DNA of 63,722 nucleotides, the filler included, from Platydemus manokwari (lineage: Eukaryota): NCBI GenBank assembly GCA_037951405.1. It is 6 parts of 6 records of this genome, joined end to end, with 100 filler letters (N's around TTAATTAATTAA, not from the genome) between each part and the next. Parts side by side here need not be neighbours in the genome. Positions count along the whole stretch, not along the records: positions 54,841 to 63,722 come from JBBMOY011334984.1; 5 more parts are not named here. The stretch is one strand, 5' to 3'. The position numbers and the translations under genes are program-made. The number at the start of each line of letters is the position of its first letter. Within the stretch, counting starts at the first letter, position 1. The notes below the pieces were generated by a model. The model saw only the letters and a program-made list of their open reading frames with translations. It searched no databases and was not told where the DNA came from. Shown one piece after another: positions 60,601 through 63,722 of this stretch.

Positions 60601-63305
60601 AATATCAAAATGCTGGTGTCTAATAAACAGTGATTTTTCACAAAGAAAATCAATACGACCTTATTGAAATCGATCGATAAAAATTGTTTTTTATATTAAT
60701 TATCTGGACAATTAAAATGCTATTAAAAACTGAAATAATGACTTCATTTAATGAGTAATGAAATGATAAGTTGTTAAGGATTGATAAATTCATTTCATTT
60801 AAACACTGGATATTTATTTGATAGATTTTCTGGATATTTACAGATTATTTCCTGTGATTATATGATAAATAGATGAACATTTTAATATTATAAATATTTA
60901 TCATCAGGATGAGGGAAACGCTCGGAAGAAAGGTAGTATTAGCGCTTAGACGCAATGATGAAGCTGTGGCTCATGCAGCTATCGATACAATAAATGCTTT
61001 AATTCAACCAATGCACGAAAATTATGATATCAGACAAGAACAGCTTAACAAAGCGAGCATCATGTCGAGTCCTAAATTCTTACAAAATCTATTAGATATG
61101 TTTTCATTGCACGTGGTAAATTCTATTGTTTCTAATAAATCCAATATTTGATTATTGAAAATAAGCTCCGTGGCACAGGAGCTCTTGTGATTAGCGTGAT
61201 GCTGGATTTTTTGACTTTCGCCATTTGTCCACCTTATTGCGAGACATCGGATGGTGAATATTTCGATAACTTGCTGAAACTTGTTTCAGATCGCGGTCGA
61301 GTAATGTTCAAATTATTTCATGTGGGTTTCAGTATTTCATATCATTATATATATATAGTTATTGTTGTTAACGAAATTGTATTATGAATTCCATTTGTTT
61401 TTTATGGTTAAAACAATTTTCATTCCAAGGTCAACAATTCGAATATAAATATTGAGTTGACATCCATGGGAAAAGTTCTTCCAAAATTCTATCAAATGCA
61501 TAAATATATTATTGTCTTTTGTTAGATTTTGTTACAAATTTCTGGCAAAATTAGTTCTCCAATACTCGTATAAAATTTGATTTGAGTTGGATGGTTTTTA
61601 TTCTCATATAAAATTCTATCATTATTGACGACAATTTTTTGAGAGAAAATTTAAGGATAAATATTTGGTGATTTTAGTTTTCATCATTAGATCGTTAAAA
61701 TTCAAAACACATTTCAGAGAACAAATTATAAAAATAATCGAACTCGGTTGATAACACTTGATATCTGATTAAAGAAAAATATCGATATTAACTGAGTTGA
61801 GTCCAAACCTGAAAATAATTATTTATATGTAATATATATGAATTCCAAACTAAAGATGTCTAATGAAGTCTCATTCATTCATTATCATCGCATTAAAATG
61901 AATATAAGTCGAGCCTCCATCAATTAATTGACTACATCTCCCAGTAATGACGAAATCATTATTCCTGTTTTAATGATATTAGTGTTCACCAATCGTGTCT
62001 GATATTCTGCATATCTATTTTCTATTTGAGTGATATATTGATCGAGTTCAATTGTATATTGAATATATATCGAACCAATATGGTCAATTGAAAAATTTCT
62101 CTAAAATTTGTTTATATTAGAACACAATTAAATAACAATGAAATTAAGGAACACTTTGTAGAGAATTGAATCATTGACATTTCATTATCTTGTCGAACCC
62201 TTTATTGTCATATCAGGACTTGCTCTTTTTCATAATTTGTTTTATTATATATTAGATAGATAAATAGATAGATTTTTTTATTTTACGATAAAATAGATTA
62301 TTTGAAAAGATTTATGATTTTTATAAATTTGCTCTAGATAGTCACTTGAGATTTTTCAATAGGAATATCGATGTTTATTTCAATTTGAGCTTTCATACAC
62401 AAATACCGAGATAGCATGATCGCATATACAGTTAACTATGTGCCAATTATTTATTCACGAAACAGAAAATCTGATTAAAATAAGTTGAGAAATTAATGAA
62501 TGTAGGATAACTTGTCAGTTTTAAAGGTTTGTTAGGAAATCTTATTTTAATTTGTAGTACTATGGTTTAGATATCGTATCTTTAATACAAAATACTTTTT
62601 TCTTATTAAAAAGAAGTTACAATTGAACTTCAACGCCTCTCCAACTTGGTTACTAGCCATCCAATTCTAAACAACCACTTTATGTTATCCAAACAACACT
62701 TAGTTGATGACATGGTCCAATTTCACTTGTTATATAAATACTGGGTTTTAGTAACCTATTGATAATCTCTGATCATATAGTATTTATTTGATTATTAAGT
62801 AGTTTCTTGTTTCATTTTAATTAATAAATGCATCATATAATTTGTAGCACCCTAGCTTAGCTATTGTTAAAGGAGCTGGCCTTATAATGCAGGCGCTAAT
62901 CGATGAAGCTGAACCTTCTGTTGGAGAGGCTATGCAAGCTCTTTCTCTTGCCGAAGGTGCTTTACCACAACATTTAATTAACGCATGTTTTGCTCGTAAT
63001 AATGATCAGAGAAGTCTTGCCTTTAGGTGATTTCATTTGAATGAAACAATATTTATTAATATATTCCATACAGACAGCTGAATAGACAGTTGATATCGCT
63101 ATGGGTTACTGGCAGCACAGAAGCCAAAGAATTATTGAAAAGAGTGTTGGTAAGGAAATGTTTATGAAATTCTAGTTTTAAATGAGCAATTATTGTTTAT
63201 CTATTGCAGCCCCCGGGCCTTATCTTGTTTTTGAATAGCACAGAAGAGCCGCCAATATCAAATGTTGATTATTTATTTGTAAGAGATAACATGGAAATGG
63301 CACAG
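57626..63305 (+). CDS. DNAJC13: DNAJC13/RME-8, internal exons (5' exons not visible, continues beyond window)
   Basis: Exons near 57626-57884, 58900-58982, 59046-59218, 60908-61115, 61165-61321, 62848-63027, 63074-63149 and 63210-63305. They encode [71 protein letters not shown] and [12 protein letters not shown]. Confidence 0.95.
59650..60331 (-). mobile_element. Penelope-like element relic (RT thumb plus GIY-YIG)
   Basis: Minus-strand ILFYRF...[11 protein letters not shown] resembles GIY-YIG (VYxFxC..YIGKTxRxL). It is preceded by the thumb-like [14 protein letters not shown]. Confidence 0.55.
61750..62230 (-). mobile_element. Possible LINE APE endonuclease relic
   Basis: Fragments HIGSIYI, NDFVITG and QLIDGGSTY occur in the expected order; heavily decayed. 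Confidence 0.35.
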
Positions 63306-63653
63306 GTGAGTTCTTTGTGAATGATTTTTAAGTGTTAATAACATAATAATGATGATAATAATAATGATGATGATAATAATAATGATAATAGTAATAATGG
63401 TATTAATAATAATAATAACAATAATAATAATTGTTCGAATTATATAGGGATCACAAACAATTTATAAAACAATGAATTTAAATACGAAATATTTATATTA
63501 AAACTATCGAGGATGAAAAATATCTTTTTATGTTTCGTTTGAATGTTGTGATAAAGGTGGTTTTTTTGTTAAATTTCTAAAATCGATTTGAATTCGCGCC
63601 TAATTAAATAACAGCAATTAATAATTATTATGTTAATATATAATATTATATTA

Positions 63654-63722
63654 TTAGGTTGTCCCATATGAAATGTCCGATTTTTATATATTGAACTTTA
63701 AATCAAAATTTTTTAAAAACTA
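63654..63722 (+). mobile_element. mariner-like element left terminus running off the window
   Basis: TA followed by TTAGGTTGTCCCATATGAAATGTCCGATTT. Confidence 0.5.

Overview
AT-rich animal genomic DNA with short (about 42-55 nt) GT-AG introns. It is most likely a triclad planarian, inferred from the H2B N-terminal tail MAGKIAAKSVKKISKEVA and the intron style. Five 100-bp scaffold spacers (N44-TTAATTAATTAA-N44) and one further N gap interrupt it. Recognisable genes: an intronless PIM-like kinase, a complete V-ATPase V0 subunit a gene, histone H2A (cut by a gap), a truncated H2B, two tandem DDX5/DBP2-family DEAD-box helicase genes, the terminal C2 exon of intersectin, the N-terminal part of CFAP54, and internal exons of DNAJC13/RME-8. 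Between them lie Gypsy, LINE, Penelope, Polinton, Merlin and mariner/MITE relics. The main findings are: (1) a two-hairpin RNA element shared by the long motif-V intron of both DDX5 paralogs; (2) a pair of mutually exclusive exons in V-ATPase a; (3) a cluster of decayed intronless IAP(BIR)-like and TRAF(MATH)-like genes next to retroelement remnants, possibly cargo of giant LTR elements. All assignments were made by eye; no database search or folding program was run.
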